The translations under genes and the position numbers were made by a program. From assembly GCF_006345805.1 (NCBI RefSeq), contig NC_043022.1, forward strand, positions 22,630,001-22,694,000: a stretch of 64,000 nucleotides of DNA. The letters run 5' to 3'. Below are positions 40,366 to 52,479 of this stretch, piece after piece (position 1 is the first letter of the stretch; every line of letters begins with the position of its first letter). The notes under the pieces were generated by a model. That model worked only from the letters and a program-made list of their open reading frames with translations, had not been told where the DNA came from and ran no database searches. Origin of the DNA: Octopus sinensis. Lineage: Eukaryota.

Positions 40366-41288
40366 TTCTAGATCTCAATGTTGTCAATTAATTTTAGAAT
40401 GACATTGTAGGCTAAGTGTGAGAGGCTGGACCTGGCCAGTATGGACATTAAACAGGTTGAATGTTTGGGCCAGATATGGTTTAAATGCTTAAGGATCAAA
40501 CTATGGCTAAAGGAATGAAATTGTATAGGGGAAGATGTGGCACTGATTCCTTATAGTTAGAATCATCCTCAATATCTATTTTGCGAATATTTTTCCATGG
40601 TGCTCGGAGCAGAGGTGGTGGTGGTGGTGGTGGTGGTAAAGGTGATAGTAGGTTCACCTCATATATAGTGATGATGATAGTATTTAAGTGGTGGTGGTAT
40701 TGTGTCCACTAAGGCGACAAGCTGGCAGAAATGTTAGCACGCCGGGCGAAATGCTTAGTGGTATTTCGTCTGCTGCTACGTTCTGAGTTCAAATTCCGCC
40801 AAGGTCAACTTTGCCTTTCATCCTTTCAGAGTCGATTAAATAAGTACCAGTTGCGCACTGGGGTCGATGTAATCAACTTAATCTGTTTCTCTGTCCTTAT
40901 TTGTCTTCTCTGTGTATAGCCCCTTGTGGGTAGTAAAAAAATAGGTATGTCGTCTGCTGCTACGTTCTGAGTTCAAATTCCACCGGAGTCGACTTTGCCT
41001 TTCATCCTTTTGGGGTCGATAAATTAAGTACCAGTTACATACTGGGGTCGATATAATCAACTTAATCCGTTTGTCTGTCCTAATTTGTCCCCTCTGTGTT
41101 TAGCCCCGTGTGGGTAGTAAAGAAATAGGTATTGTGTCCACAGGGAAATGTGTGTAGTAGTAGCAATAACATTTGTGGTAGAGTTTAAGTAGTAGTAGTT
41201 GTTGTTGTTGCTGTTGCTGTTGTTGTTGTTGTTGTAAAACGTGTTACCCTGCTGTGAAATATAATAGGAATAATGTCAGTATGTTTAC

Positions 41289-41372
41289 CTCAGACGATGC
41301 AGTATCAGAATAGCAGTGATGCGCTACAGGTTTCAATCCTAGGTGGCTTTTCTCATTTTCAAGATGAAACGT
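41289..41372 (-). CDS. FHAD1: FHAD1-like exon (TFHLENEKSHLGLKPVAHHCYSDTASSE)
   Basis: ttctatttttcag|ACG ... GAG|gtaaac; 84 nt, phase 0->0. Confidence 0.78.
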
Positions 41373-41493
41373 CTGAAAAATAGAACAACTTTCAGTTACG
41401 TTAAACCAATTTATAGTCCTGAAACATGGACTTCATTCTATTTCTGAGAATAACACATTAACCACCAGTGGCCTGTTACTGGAACTTACCAAT

Positions 41494-41860
41494 CATCATC
41501 ATCATCATCTAATGTCCGTTTTCCATGCTTGCATGGGTTGGACGGTTCGACCGGGGTCTGGTAAGCCATGGAGGCTGCACCAGGCTCTAGTCTGATTTGG
41601 CAGTGTTTCTACAGCTGGATGCCCTTCCTAATGCCAACCACTTTGTGAGTGTAGTGTGTGTCTTTTACGTGCCACAGGCACAGGGGCCAGAGCAGGCTGG
41701 CAAATGGCCACAATCGGTTGGTGCTTTTACATGTCACCAACACGGACGCCAGTCAGGCGGCGCTGGCATCTGCCCCATTCAGACGGTGCTTTGTACGTGT
41801 CACCGGCATGGGTGTTTTAACTACAATTTCCATTTGATTTTTATTTTGATGTTGACATAT
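41494..41860 (-). mobile_element. RTE 3' UTR fragment
   Basis: Same terminus and ctacagctggatgcccttcc block. Confidence 0.75.
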
Positions 41861-42459
41861 GATGCCACATATTTCACACGGTAGCTCTGCATACTAGAAA
41901 TGTAGTTTTTTGACATTTTTACAATATTTTATAATTAAACTTTAATATTTAACACTCATAGGGTGGTGAGCTGGCAGAATCCTTACCACGCCCAAGTGAG
42001 GGTTAATGACAGGAAGAGCATCCAACCATAGAAAATCTGCCTGGACAATATGCATCTGACCCAGAGTCCATCCCCTCCTCACCGTGGTGGGGACGCTGGC
42101 AACGGGTAGTGTCAGAGCTATGCCCTCGGGAACTTCGGTTCCTGGTAGGGCCACCCAAGGCGGATTGGTCTGACACCAAGTGGTATTAGGGCCACAACCT
42201 GGGGAAAATCCTCGGAGTGTCTGTTTCAGCAACTGGCGGCTCCTCGATCATTCTGTCCCTGCATCTGCGGACAATCTGCGGCAAACAGGATGTCTCTACA
42301 TGCGGGATTGTTGGGGACCGCTTGTGAAATCCACAAAACTTCTTCCATGGTAGAAGCCGACTCAACAAGCCCAGGATGAATATCGCCACAAGTACAAGTA
42401 TCTGACCCACACAAGCACAGAGATAAAAAGGACAAAGATCTTTCTTGAGTCATATCGAC

Positions 42460-45400
42460 TCATAGGGCCAGTTTCCCAGTTTCTGTAACACATAGATTCC
42501 CTCCTGGATGGGCTGCTGGTCCATCACTGGTTCACTCATTTTTGCCAGCTGAGCATACTGGAACAATGTGAAATGAAGTGTTTTGCTCAAGAACACAATG
42601 TATTGCCCAGTCCAAGAATTGAAACCACAATCTAGAAGTCATGAGTGCAATATCCTAACCATTAGCTGAGTGGAATGGAGCAACATGAAATGAAGTGTTT
42701 TGCTCAAGAACACAATGTATTACTCAGTCCAGGAATTGAAACCGCAATCTAGAAGTCATGAGCGTAACATCCTAACCATTAGCTGAGTGGACTGGAGCAA
42801 CATGAAATGAAGTGTTTTACTCAAGAACACAATGTATTACTCAGTCCAGGTATTGAAACCACAATCTGGAAGTCATGAGTGCAACATCCTAACCATTAGC
42901 TGAGTGTAGTGGAGCAACATGAAATGAAGTGTTTTGCTCAAGAACACAATGCACTGCCCAGTCCAAGAATTGAAACCACAATCTAGAAGTCATGAGTGCA
43001 ACATCCTAACCATTAGCTGAGTGGACTGGAGAAACATGAAATGAAGTGTTTTACTCAAGAACACAATGCACTGCCCAGTCCAAGAATTGAAACCACAATC
43101 TAGAAGTCATGAGTGCAACATCCTAACCATTAGCTGAGTGGACTGGAGAAACATGAAATGAAGTGTTTTACGCAAGAACACAATGTATTACTCAGTCCAG
43201 GAATTGAAACCACAATCTAGAAGTCATGAGCGTAACATCCTAACCATTAGCTGAGTGGACTGGAGAAACATGAAATGTTAGTTAGTTAGTTAGTTAGTTA
43301 GTTAATTTGGCTCAAAAGCAAATAGCAAGGCCATGTAGGGGGACATGGAGTTATGTACAGGGTGGTGTTCATGTAAAGAGTTCAGGCCACTTGAGGTCCA
43401 GGGAGGCTTTGAACAAAGCGGTCGTCGGCATCTTCACCATCTCATCTGGCAGCTTGTTCCACGGATCCGCAACCCGGACGGAGAAAGCTCCTCTCCTTCG
43501 ATTGAGATGAAATCGTCGCAGGTAGAGCTTTTCGGAATGACCCCGCAGCCGACGCTCCGGAGCAGGAGTGAAGAACAGCTCTTTCGAGAGGTTACACTTC
43601 CCGCTTATGATGTTGTGGGCGAGAATGAGATCACCACGGCGGCGGCGTTTTTCAAGAGAATAAAGGTCGAGCGTCCTCAGCCTTTCTTCGTAGGACAAAT
43701 TTTTGAGACCATGAACCAGGCGGGTAGCCAGCCTCTGGACTCTTTCGAGGTGCTGTATGTCTTTGAGGAGATAAGGAGAAGAGGCTTGAATCCCATACTC
43801 CAATATGGGTCTCACCAGCGTGACATAGAGTGGCAGGAATATGGCTGCTGAGAGCACTCCAAATGACCGTCGAATCAAAAACAGAATTCCGCGCGCTTTG
43901 TTGGCAGCATGGACACACTGGGCCGAAGGCGAAAAGGAGGAATCCACCAAGATACCCAGGTCCTTTACCTGATCGGTCCTCTCCAGCAGCAGACGACCCG
44001 GCTCGAAATCAAGTTGAGTTGTAGGAGTAGAGCCGACAGGCAGATGACAGCACTTTGACACGTTCAGACACAGGTCCCAATCGTTAGACCACTTCCAAAT
44101 TTGGTGGAGGCATCGACGAAGATCCTCTATACTACCGCGAGGAGCGACCAGTTTGATATCGTCAGCAAATAGAAGGGTGTGTTGCGTGAGGTCGTCGGGC
44201 AAGTCATTTATGAAGACTAAGAACAACAAGGGCCCAAGCACTGAACCTTGAGGCACGCCACTGCTCGCACTGGAGACGTCGGACCGCGAACCATTAACTT
44301 GAACTTGGAAGGAGCGATCTGAGAGGAAGGCACCAACCCATCGTACAATATCCGGATGGAAACTATATGCTTGAAGCTTGACAAGTAGTAGGCGGTGGTT
44401 TACCGAGTCAAAAGCTTTGGCAAAGTCCAATAAAACGATGTCAACAGCATCACTATCATCGAGGATGCGCGTCACCAATTCTTCCATTACTAGTAAGTTG
44501 GTCAAGCATGATCTCTTCGGCACGAAGCCGTGTTGGGAATCAGTGATTGAGGCTGTGCTTAGGAGGTGGAGCATCATACTTTTCTTAAGGATGGTTTCGA
44601 ACATCTTGCTGATTATTGATGTAAGGGAAACCGGTCGGTAGTTAAGCGGGTCTTCGCGGCTCCCTTTCTTGAAAATTGGGCAGATTATCGCTGTTCTCCA
44701 GTCTGCAGGTATAACACCCGTCGCCAATGACATATTGAATAGTCGTGTTAAGGGCTCGCAGATGACCGGAGCCAACGCTTTGATAACCCGTGGGTGTATG
44801 CCGTCAGGGCCGTGACCCTTGTTGACATCGAGGCCTTGAATAACACGTTTGACTTGGTCCCGCGTGATGATCAATCGAAGCATTGGAGGTACCGATCTAT
44901 CAAAAGGAGGGGGTTCACGACCATCATCTTGTTTGAAAATAGTTGAAAAAGCCTCGGCAAATAATTGACTCTGTTGATAAGGGTCCTCAATCGATACGCC
45001 TGTTGAGTCTACCAATGTTACAATCTGGTTGTTCAAGCGGGAATTCCGCTGGACATGGGCAAAGAAGGTTTTTGGATTGCTACTGGCATTTGCCGCGATT
45101 TTGTATTCATAACTGAAGCGTTCTTTCTTTTCAATTTTCACGGCTCGGTCTCGTTGAGTTTTGTACACCTCAAAAGCTGCAGTCGAATCCAGATTTTTGA
45201 ATTCAGCCCAAGCAATATCTCTGAGTCGACGTTCTCGTTTAACCTTCTTCGTTACCCAGGGCTTGTGTTTCTTCCTCTTGGGAAGTCCAACGGGAACTGC
45301 CTGGTCAGTCAAACAGATTACATATGCTTTGAGGGATGACCATAGTTCGTCAACTGAGGACAACGTCATCAGGGAACGCCAGTCCAGAAGCGCGGAAGCC

Positions 45401-47570
45401 TCGGTTAGAATTTCAAGATTAATTGCAGAGAAGACTCTACGTGGCAGCGAAGTAATCGTGGGCATGGAAAAAGTTGTGTGCATGACGAACTTCAGGACCG
45501 CATGATCACTCTTGGCAAGAGGGGCGCACACAGATACGTCTGACACTGATCTTGGATAGCGGGAGAATACCAGATCTAGCATAGATGGCTGCTGCCCAGA
45601 CCGATGCCTTGTCGGATATTCAACATGTTGCGATAGAAAACAATCTTCAGCCACGTCAAGAAGGGCCTGGCCGAACCGGGAAGATGTTGTACAAATTGAT
45701 GCGGGCCAATCGATCATGGGAGCGTTGAAGTCGCCTAGTACCAAGCAGTCATGCGAAGCTGAAACGAATCTTATCGCCTCGAGTAGATGAGCATCGTCCT
45801 GGGGGTCGGCTAGAGGCGGCCTGTAGACAGCCAACACGGGCAGGCAAAACTCAGATAGGCTCAGCTTGCAATAGACGGCATCGAATTTGGTTGTAGGTTG
45901 AGCATTTGTGGGTAGAATACCGCAGGACGGTTTGTGCTCAGACTTAATGAAGTGTTTTACTCAAGAACACAATGTATTACTCAGTCCAAGAATTGAAACC
46001 ACAATCTAGAAGTCATGAGTGCAACATCCTAACCATTAGCTGAGTGGACTGGAGAAACATGAAATGAAGTGTTTTACTCAAGAACACAATGTATTACTCA
46101 GTCCAGGAATTGAAACCACAATCTAGAAGTCATGAGCGTAACATCCTAACCATTAGCTGAGTGGACTGGAGAAACATGAAATGAAGTGTTTTACTCAAGA
46201 ACACAATGTATTACTCAGTCCAGGAATTGAAACCACAATCTAGAAGTCATGAGCGTAACATCCTAACCATTAGCTGAGTGGACTGGAGAAACATGAAATG
46301 AAGTGTTTTACTCAAGAACACAATGTATTACTCAGTCCAGGAATTGAAACCGCAATCTAGAAGTCATGAGCGTAACATCCTAACCATTAGCTGAGTGGAC
46401 TGGAGCAACATGAAATGAAGTGTTTTGCTCAAGAACACAATGCACTGCCCAGTCCAAGAATTGAAACCACAATCTAGAAGTCATGAGTGCAACATCCTAA
46501 CCATTAGCTGAGTGGACTGGAGAAACATGAAATGAAGTGTTTTACTCAAGAACACAATGCACTGCCCAGTCCAAGAATTGAAACCACAATCTAGAAGTCA
46601 TGAGTGCAACATCCTAACCATTAGCTGAGTGGACTGGAGAAACATGAAATGAAGTGTTTTACTCAAGAACACAATGTATTACTCAGTCCAGGAATTGAAA
46701 CCACAATCTAGAAGTCATGAGCGTAATATCCTAACCATTAGCTGAGTGGACTGGAGAAACATGAAATGAAGTGTTTTACTCAAGAACACAATGTATTACT
46801 CAGTCCAAGAATTGAAACCACAATCTAGAAGTCATGAGTGCAACATCCTAACCATTAGCTGAGTGGACTGGAGAAACATGAAATGAAGTGTTTTACTCAA
46901 GAACACAATGCACTGCCCAGTCCAAGAATTGAAACCACAATCTAGAAGTCATGAGTGCAACATCCTAACCATTAGCTGAGTGGACTGGAGAAACATGAAA
47001 TGAAGTGTTTTACTCAAGAACACAATGTATTACTCAGTCCAGGAATTGAAACCACAATCTAGAAGTCATGAGCGAAACATCCTAACCATTAGCTGAGTGG
47101 ACTGGAGAAACATGAAATGAAGTGTTTTACTCAAGAACACAATGTATTACTCAGTCCAAGAATTGAAACCACAATCTAGAAGTCATGAGTGCAACATCCT
47201 AACCATTAGCTGAGTGGACTGGAGAAACATGAAATGAAGTGTTTTACTCAAGAACACAATGTATTACTCAGTCCAAGAATTGAAACCACAATCTAGAAGT
47301 CATGAGCGTAACATCCTAACCATTAGCTGAGTGGACTGGAGCAACATGAAATGAAGTGTTTTGCTCAAGAACACAATGCACTGCCCAGTCCAGGAATTGA
47401 AACCACAATCTAGAAGTCATGAGTGCAATATCCTAACCATTAGCTGAGTGGACTGGAGAAATATGAAATGAAGTGTTTTACTCAAATATATAATTTGTTG
47501 CCTGGTTGAGGAATTGAAACCACAAACTCAAGATATTGAATCCAATATCCTAACCATAGAGAAGTGGGCG
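42460..47570 (-). repeat. 117-bp tandem array derived from a SINE family D head (~20 units), interrupted by the LINE at 43278-45945
   Basis: atgaagtg recurs at an exact 117-bp period: 42573-43275 (6 full units) and 45947-47468 (13 full units plus a partial). Confidence 0.95.
43278..45945 (-). mobile_element. CR1/L2-group non-LTR retrotransposon, 5'-truncated, uninterrupted ORF2 (partial APE endonuclease + RT)
   Basis: Frame open from the 5' truncation (~45945) to TGA at 43369; endonuclease motifs (VYRPP, LGDFN, LDLVF, SDH) and RT motifs (DFAKAFDSV, GVPQGSVLGP, FADD); (TAAC)n 3' tail at 43278-43305; 4-bp AATG target duplication. Confidence 0.95.
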
Positions 47571-47829
47571 TTAAATGATGACAATGTGTGTAGGTATGAG
47601 CTTGTGTGTATGTGTGTGGTTGTGAGTTTGTGAGTATGTGTGTGCGCGTGCATGTGTGTGTGTGTGTTCTATAAATGATGTATCTCAAATGTCAATCCAG
47701 CTAAAAATAATAGGTCAGAGTATGAGCTATTATTTATAGCTTGAGATGCACTGTTTATATAAGACTTATTTATTTATTTCTCAATATTTCTATTGTGATG
47801 TCCTAAACATATATATATATATATATATA

Positions 47830-48278
47830 TGGTGACTGGCATCCGTTGCTAGTGGAGCACTAAGAGTCCCAAAGGAGTGAGATCGTTGCCAGAGCAACAA
47901 GCTGACCTTCATGCCGATGGCACGTTAAGCACACCATTCAAGCGTGATCATTACCGTGTCGCCTTACTAGCACTTGTGCTGGTGGTACGTGAAACATTCG
48001 AGCGTGGACGTCGCCAGTGCCGCTGGACTGGCTCCTGTGCAGGCGGCACGTAAAAAGCACCATTTGGGCATGGCTGTTGACAGTACTACCAAACTGGCCC
48101 TCGTGCCGCTGGCACATAAAAGCACCCACTACACTCTCGGAGTGGTTTGCGTTAGGAAGGGCAGCCAGCTGTAGAAACTCTGCCAGATCAGATTGGAGTC
48201 TGGTTCGCCAGACCTCAGTCATATCATCCAACCAATGCTAGCATGGAAAGCAGACGTTAAATGATGATGACGATGATA
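47830..48278 (+). mobile_element. RTE 3' UTR fragment (left member of a tail-to-tail pair)
   Basis: Ends gctagcatggaaagcagacgttaaatgatgatga. Confidence 0.78.
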
Positions 48279-48282
48279 CTGA

Positions 48283-48810
48283 TCATCATCATCCTCGTTT
48301 AGCGTCTGCTTTCCATGCTAGCATGGGTTGGACGTTTCAACTGGGGTCTGGGAAGCCAGAAGGTTGCACCAGGCCGAGTCTGATCTGGCACCCTCCCTAA
48401 CACCAACCACTCCGTGAGTGTCGTGGGTGCTTTTTACGTGCCACCGGCACAGGTGCCAGACAAGGCTGGCAAACGGCAACGATTGGATGGTGCTTTTTAC
48501 GTGCCACCGGCACGGGGGCCAGGCGAGGCTGGCAACAGCCCCAATTGGATGGTGCTTTTTACGTGCCACTGGCACGAGGCTAGTCAGGGCAGCGCTGGCA
48601 ACGGCCACGTTCAGATGGTTCTCTTACATACCACCAGGACTGGTATCACAGCTGCAATTTCCATTGATGTTGATTGATTTCGATTTTCACTTGCCTCAAC
48701 AGGTCTTCACAAGTAGAGTTTTGTGTCCCAAGAAGGAAAGGTATGCATAAGTGGACTGGCTACATCCCATGTAGAGGCCTTGGGTTATGGTCTCACTTGT
48801 CCTGCACATC
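48283..48810 (-). mobile_element. RTE 3' UTR fragment (right member of a tail-to-tail pair)
   Basis: Begins atcatcatcatcctcgtttagcgtctgctttccatgctagc and continues to cacttgcctcaacaggtcttcacaag. Confidence 0.8.
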
Positions 48811-48863
48811 TGTGTATATGTGTATAAGATTAGGAAGCTTAAGAGAAAAATGTTTACACTGAC

Positions 48864-48977
48864 TTTCTTATGTTTAATGGCACTGTTTAATCGTTTCTCT
48901 TGTTGAAGCTGCTGCTTGGTCTTGTTCAAGGAGTCTCGAAGCAAATTGGTTTCTTCTGTCTTCAGTAACATATGTGC
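48864..48977 (-). CDS. FHAD1: FHAD1-like exon (AHMLLKTEETNLLRDSLNKTKQQLQQEKRLNSAIKHKK)
   Basis: ctttgacttcag|GCA ... AAA|gtcagt; phase 0->0; matches recalled human [31 protein letters not shown]. Confidence 0.88.
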
Positions 48978-49092
48978 CTGAAGTCAAAGAAAGAAATAAG
49001 TTTAAAGCAGGACCAGCCAGGAACAGCACCAGGAGGAACATTGTCATAACAGATACATATAGATACATACATATATAGGCGCAGGAGTGGCT

Positions 49093-49546
49093 CATTGAGA
49101 TTGTGCCACCTCCCTTCGAAAGGAAGGCTTGTTTTTCCTGCGTAGTAGCCATACTGAAAGAAATAGTATGGAAGACACGTACGAAAGGTATAGTGACAGG
49201 TACCTTTGTATCCAGCCAGGGGTTGGTTAACTTTTTTAGTAAGATCAGGCTGGGGAAGAGGTGTCTGTCACGAGATATGTTTGTGAAAAGATGGAAGTCT
49301 GCAGCTTGCAAGTTGGGTATATTTGGCACCAGGTAAGTGTGGCCGGATCAAGAAGTAAAGGTTCTACCCAGATGGCTGGGTTCCTTGCCCTACTGTGTAA
49401 TATTAAATTTGTAAACTCTATATTGTAAATATTGTATACATTATATTGTAAATACTAAAACGTTTTAAGCTACTACACCCTATATGTTTGTCTGTGTTTG
49501 TATGTCCCCTCTATGTAACACCTTAATGGTGAATTTTCATGAACTA
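49093..49546 (+). mobile_element. L1/Tx1-like LINE 3' fragment inserted in a SINE head
   Basis: ORF ..CVVAILKEIVWKTR..LVNFF..MFVKRW resembles Tx1/L1 ORF2 C-termini; the SINE reads gcaggagtggct on the left and resumes aagtagcttgct at 49547. Confidence 0.6.
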
Positions 49547-50319
49547 AAGTAGCTTGCTAACCAACCACATGGTTCCGGGTTCAGTCGCACTGCGTGGCAT
49601 CTTGGGCAAGTGTCTTCTGCTATAGCCCCGGGCCAACCAATGCCTTGTGAGTGGATTTGGTAGACAGAAACTAAAAGAAGCCTGTCGTATATATGTATAT
49701 GTATGTGTGTGTCTGTGTTTGTCCCCCTAGCGTTGCTTGACAACCGATGCTGATGTGTTTACATCCCCGTCACTTAGTGGTTTGGCAAAAGAGACTGATA
49801 GAATAAGTACTGGGCTTACAAAGAATAAGTCCCGGGGTTGATTTGCTCAACTAAAGGCAGTGCTCCAGCATGGCCGCAGTCAAATGACTGAAACAAGTAA
49901 GAGAGAGAGAAAGATATATATATATATTTCTTTATTGCCCACAAGGGGCTAAACATAGAAGGGACTTGACCAGTGCATAGGTAAGACATCATCGTTTAAT
50001 GTCCATTTTCTATGCTGGAATAAGTTGAATGGTTCGACTGGGGTTTCGAAAGCCAGGAGTCTGCACCAGGTTCCAGTCTGATCTGGCAGTGTTTTTACAG
50101 CTGGATGCCCTTCCTAATGCCAAGCACTCTGAGAGTGTAATGGGTGCTTTTTTTACGTGCCACCAGCACAGGGGCCAATCTCCTACCTAGTACTCATTTC
50201 AGATCCCCAGTTTATCTTTTCACTTTTCATTCCTTCTAACTTCCTTCCGTCTACCCCATATCTCTATCCTTCTCCTGAGCCTTCTCATTGTACCTTTGGA
50301 ACATAAGCACCACTAACTT

Positions 50320-50748
50320 CCTAAGGCAGTTATGAAAGGCTATCAAGACCAAACACCCAGAAAAACTGATGAACGGGGTCTTGTTTCATTAGGACAATGC
50401 TTCAGCACACAAGTCCTTGGTTTCAATGGCTGCTGTGTGTGACTGGCTTTGAACTGGTTGATCATCCTCCCTATATTAGTGATTTGGTTCCTTCTGGTTA
50501 TCATCTGTTTCCCAACATAGAAAAACACTCAGCTGAGCACCAGTATCACTATGATGAGAACATCTTATCTGTTGTTGATGACCATTTTGATCAAGAGAAA
50601 AGCTTCTTCACCAGTGCGACCCAAGCACTGCAACTACTTATGGAAGTGTGTGGACAGTAAGAGGAACTATGTTAGAAAATGAACTTCATTTGGTTACATT
50701 CCATTGAGAGTGTCTTGCTCAGATTATGAACATTTCAGCCGACCCCCA
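50320..50748 (+). pseudogene. Mariner transposase C-terminal relic
   Basis: Degenerate GVLFH*DNASAH..GFELVDHPPYISDLVPSGYHLFPN..KCVDSKRNYVRK with stops and frameshifts (HPPYSPDLAPSD-like motif). Confidence 0.88.
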
Positions 50749-51128
50749 TAATAATAAAAATTATTATTATACCTACATTTGTTTTAATGTTAACATTGGA
50801 AAAATCCACATTTTTCTTTAAAAAATTAGGACCTGGGTTTGCACTTCCTTAGCAAATTTTGTTGCTGGGCCACTGCACACTAGGGATTTTGACCTTTAAA
50901 TTTTGGGGGAAAAATGCCGATTATGCTCGAGGATTTACGGTATGCAGTTATCTTTTTTTATTTTGAGTTATCTCCCTTGCCTTTATTTAGTTTCGTTAAT
51001 CGTTATTCAACAGCGGTTATTATAGCTTTCCTTGATAACTTTAGCTCAATATTGCCTTAATTGACACATTAATTAAGTTGACACTTCACTATTTATAGAA
51101 ATTGTAAGATGTGTAATATTGTTCTCTG

Positions 51129-51162
<34 letters not shown>

Positions 51163-51243
51163 GAGAGAGGAAGACAGCCAGACAGACAGGCAGGTAGATT
51201 ATGGTGAGAGTAGATATAACGTTACTGTTATGCTTTGTTATCA

Positions 51244-52381
51244 TCTCTCTCTATATAAACGGCAGTTTGTCTGTCAGGTTGTACCCTCACCCTGATCACT
51301 GCTTTCAATCGATTCTGATGAAATTTGACACACTCATAGCCCACTGTCATAATTCAAAACAAACGCAGCAAAAATTTTGAAAAGTTCCCCCAGTTCTGAA
51401 AAAAATTGATAAATTCGACATGGGGTCGAGAATCTAAGCTTTTTATATGCAACACATTTTCTGTTGTAGTTTTCGCAACTTGCAATCGATTTTCACCAAA
51501 CTCATGGTAAAGCTTAATGTTAACCTAAGAAACTTAATTCTGACGTTAGTTTTCCATGCAATTCCTTACCATCAGAAAAAATCGATAAAATCATGCCATT
51601 TTGGGAAATCACGTTCAAATTCAAGATGACATATTTTCGACAATATCTTTCACAAATTGGCAGGAATTTTTTTTTAAATTCACAGCAAGCATCATGTCTG
51701 CTCCAAGGAGCTATATGGCCCTTTTTATTCCAATAGGATACTTTATTATTGGAAAAAATCGGTTAATTAAATCATATGTGGCACATAACAAACCGATTTG
51801 TGTATTAAACACAAACCACAGACTGTCTAGGGGACGCAACTCGACCTTTTTAACTCTCGGAACACGTGGGGTAAGTATCCCAAAATGTATAAAAATGTAC
51901 AAAAACGGCAAAAAAGCGGGCAGCAATGTGAGTGACAACGAAAAAGTCAAAAGTGACCAAACTGAACAAACGAATGGAAAAGGTTTTTTGGTGCACACGA
52001 CAAAAGCGGTTTATAATAAACCAAAAGTTTGCAAGTAGTGTCCGAGGACCCTTAGGGTACATAAAAAATTTAAGGTAAAACGTTTGGGGTGGTAGTTATA
52101 AAGAAAGTTTAAACAAAAAGAGTATTCGAATAACTTGCGGCTGCAGCAGCTATTAGCAGAAGTGGTGGTATGGGGGTAAAATCTCGAATGTAATTTCTTC
52201 CTGGTAGGAATTGGTTGGGTTGAATTATCGATAGCTGTTTGATAGTTATTTGGGAGTGAAGAGAAGACATTGCAACCTACACATGCGCCTTCATTCCCTA
52301 GAGGGAAAGGACTAGATTGGGATTAGTCATTGCCTACTAGGGGCTCTTACATACCCGGGCAATGCCAGGCTATGCTGCTAG
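51244..52381 (+). mobile_element. Long variant of the 16309/57728 Helitron-like family
   Basis: Shares the first ~180 bp and the acaaaccacagactgtctagggg block; extra internal sequence; ends cccgggcaatgccaggc..gCTAG. Confidence 0.65.
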
Positions 52382-52479
52382 TACATAATAAACATAACGA
52401 GTTTATTACAGGTGTTGTAAATGATCAATTTATATTCAGAGACACGTTACCTGAGAGGACCAATATTGTGAGATGAGAA

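Noticed and set aside
42060-42400. GC-richer segment as a host exon
   Set aside because: No consistent frame or splice pair; more likely a decayed LINE remnant, left unclassified
42573-47480. 117-bp array as a CRISPR array
   Set aside because: Units are full-length tandem copies with no unique spacers, derive from a SINE head, and no cas genes are present in this eukaryotic context
51601-52038. 145-aa ORF inside the long Helitron-like copy as a Rep/helicase fragment
   Set aside because: No HUH or helicase motif; AT-rich chance ORF
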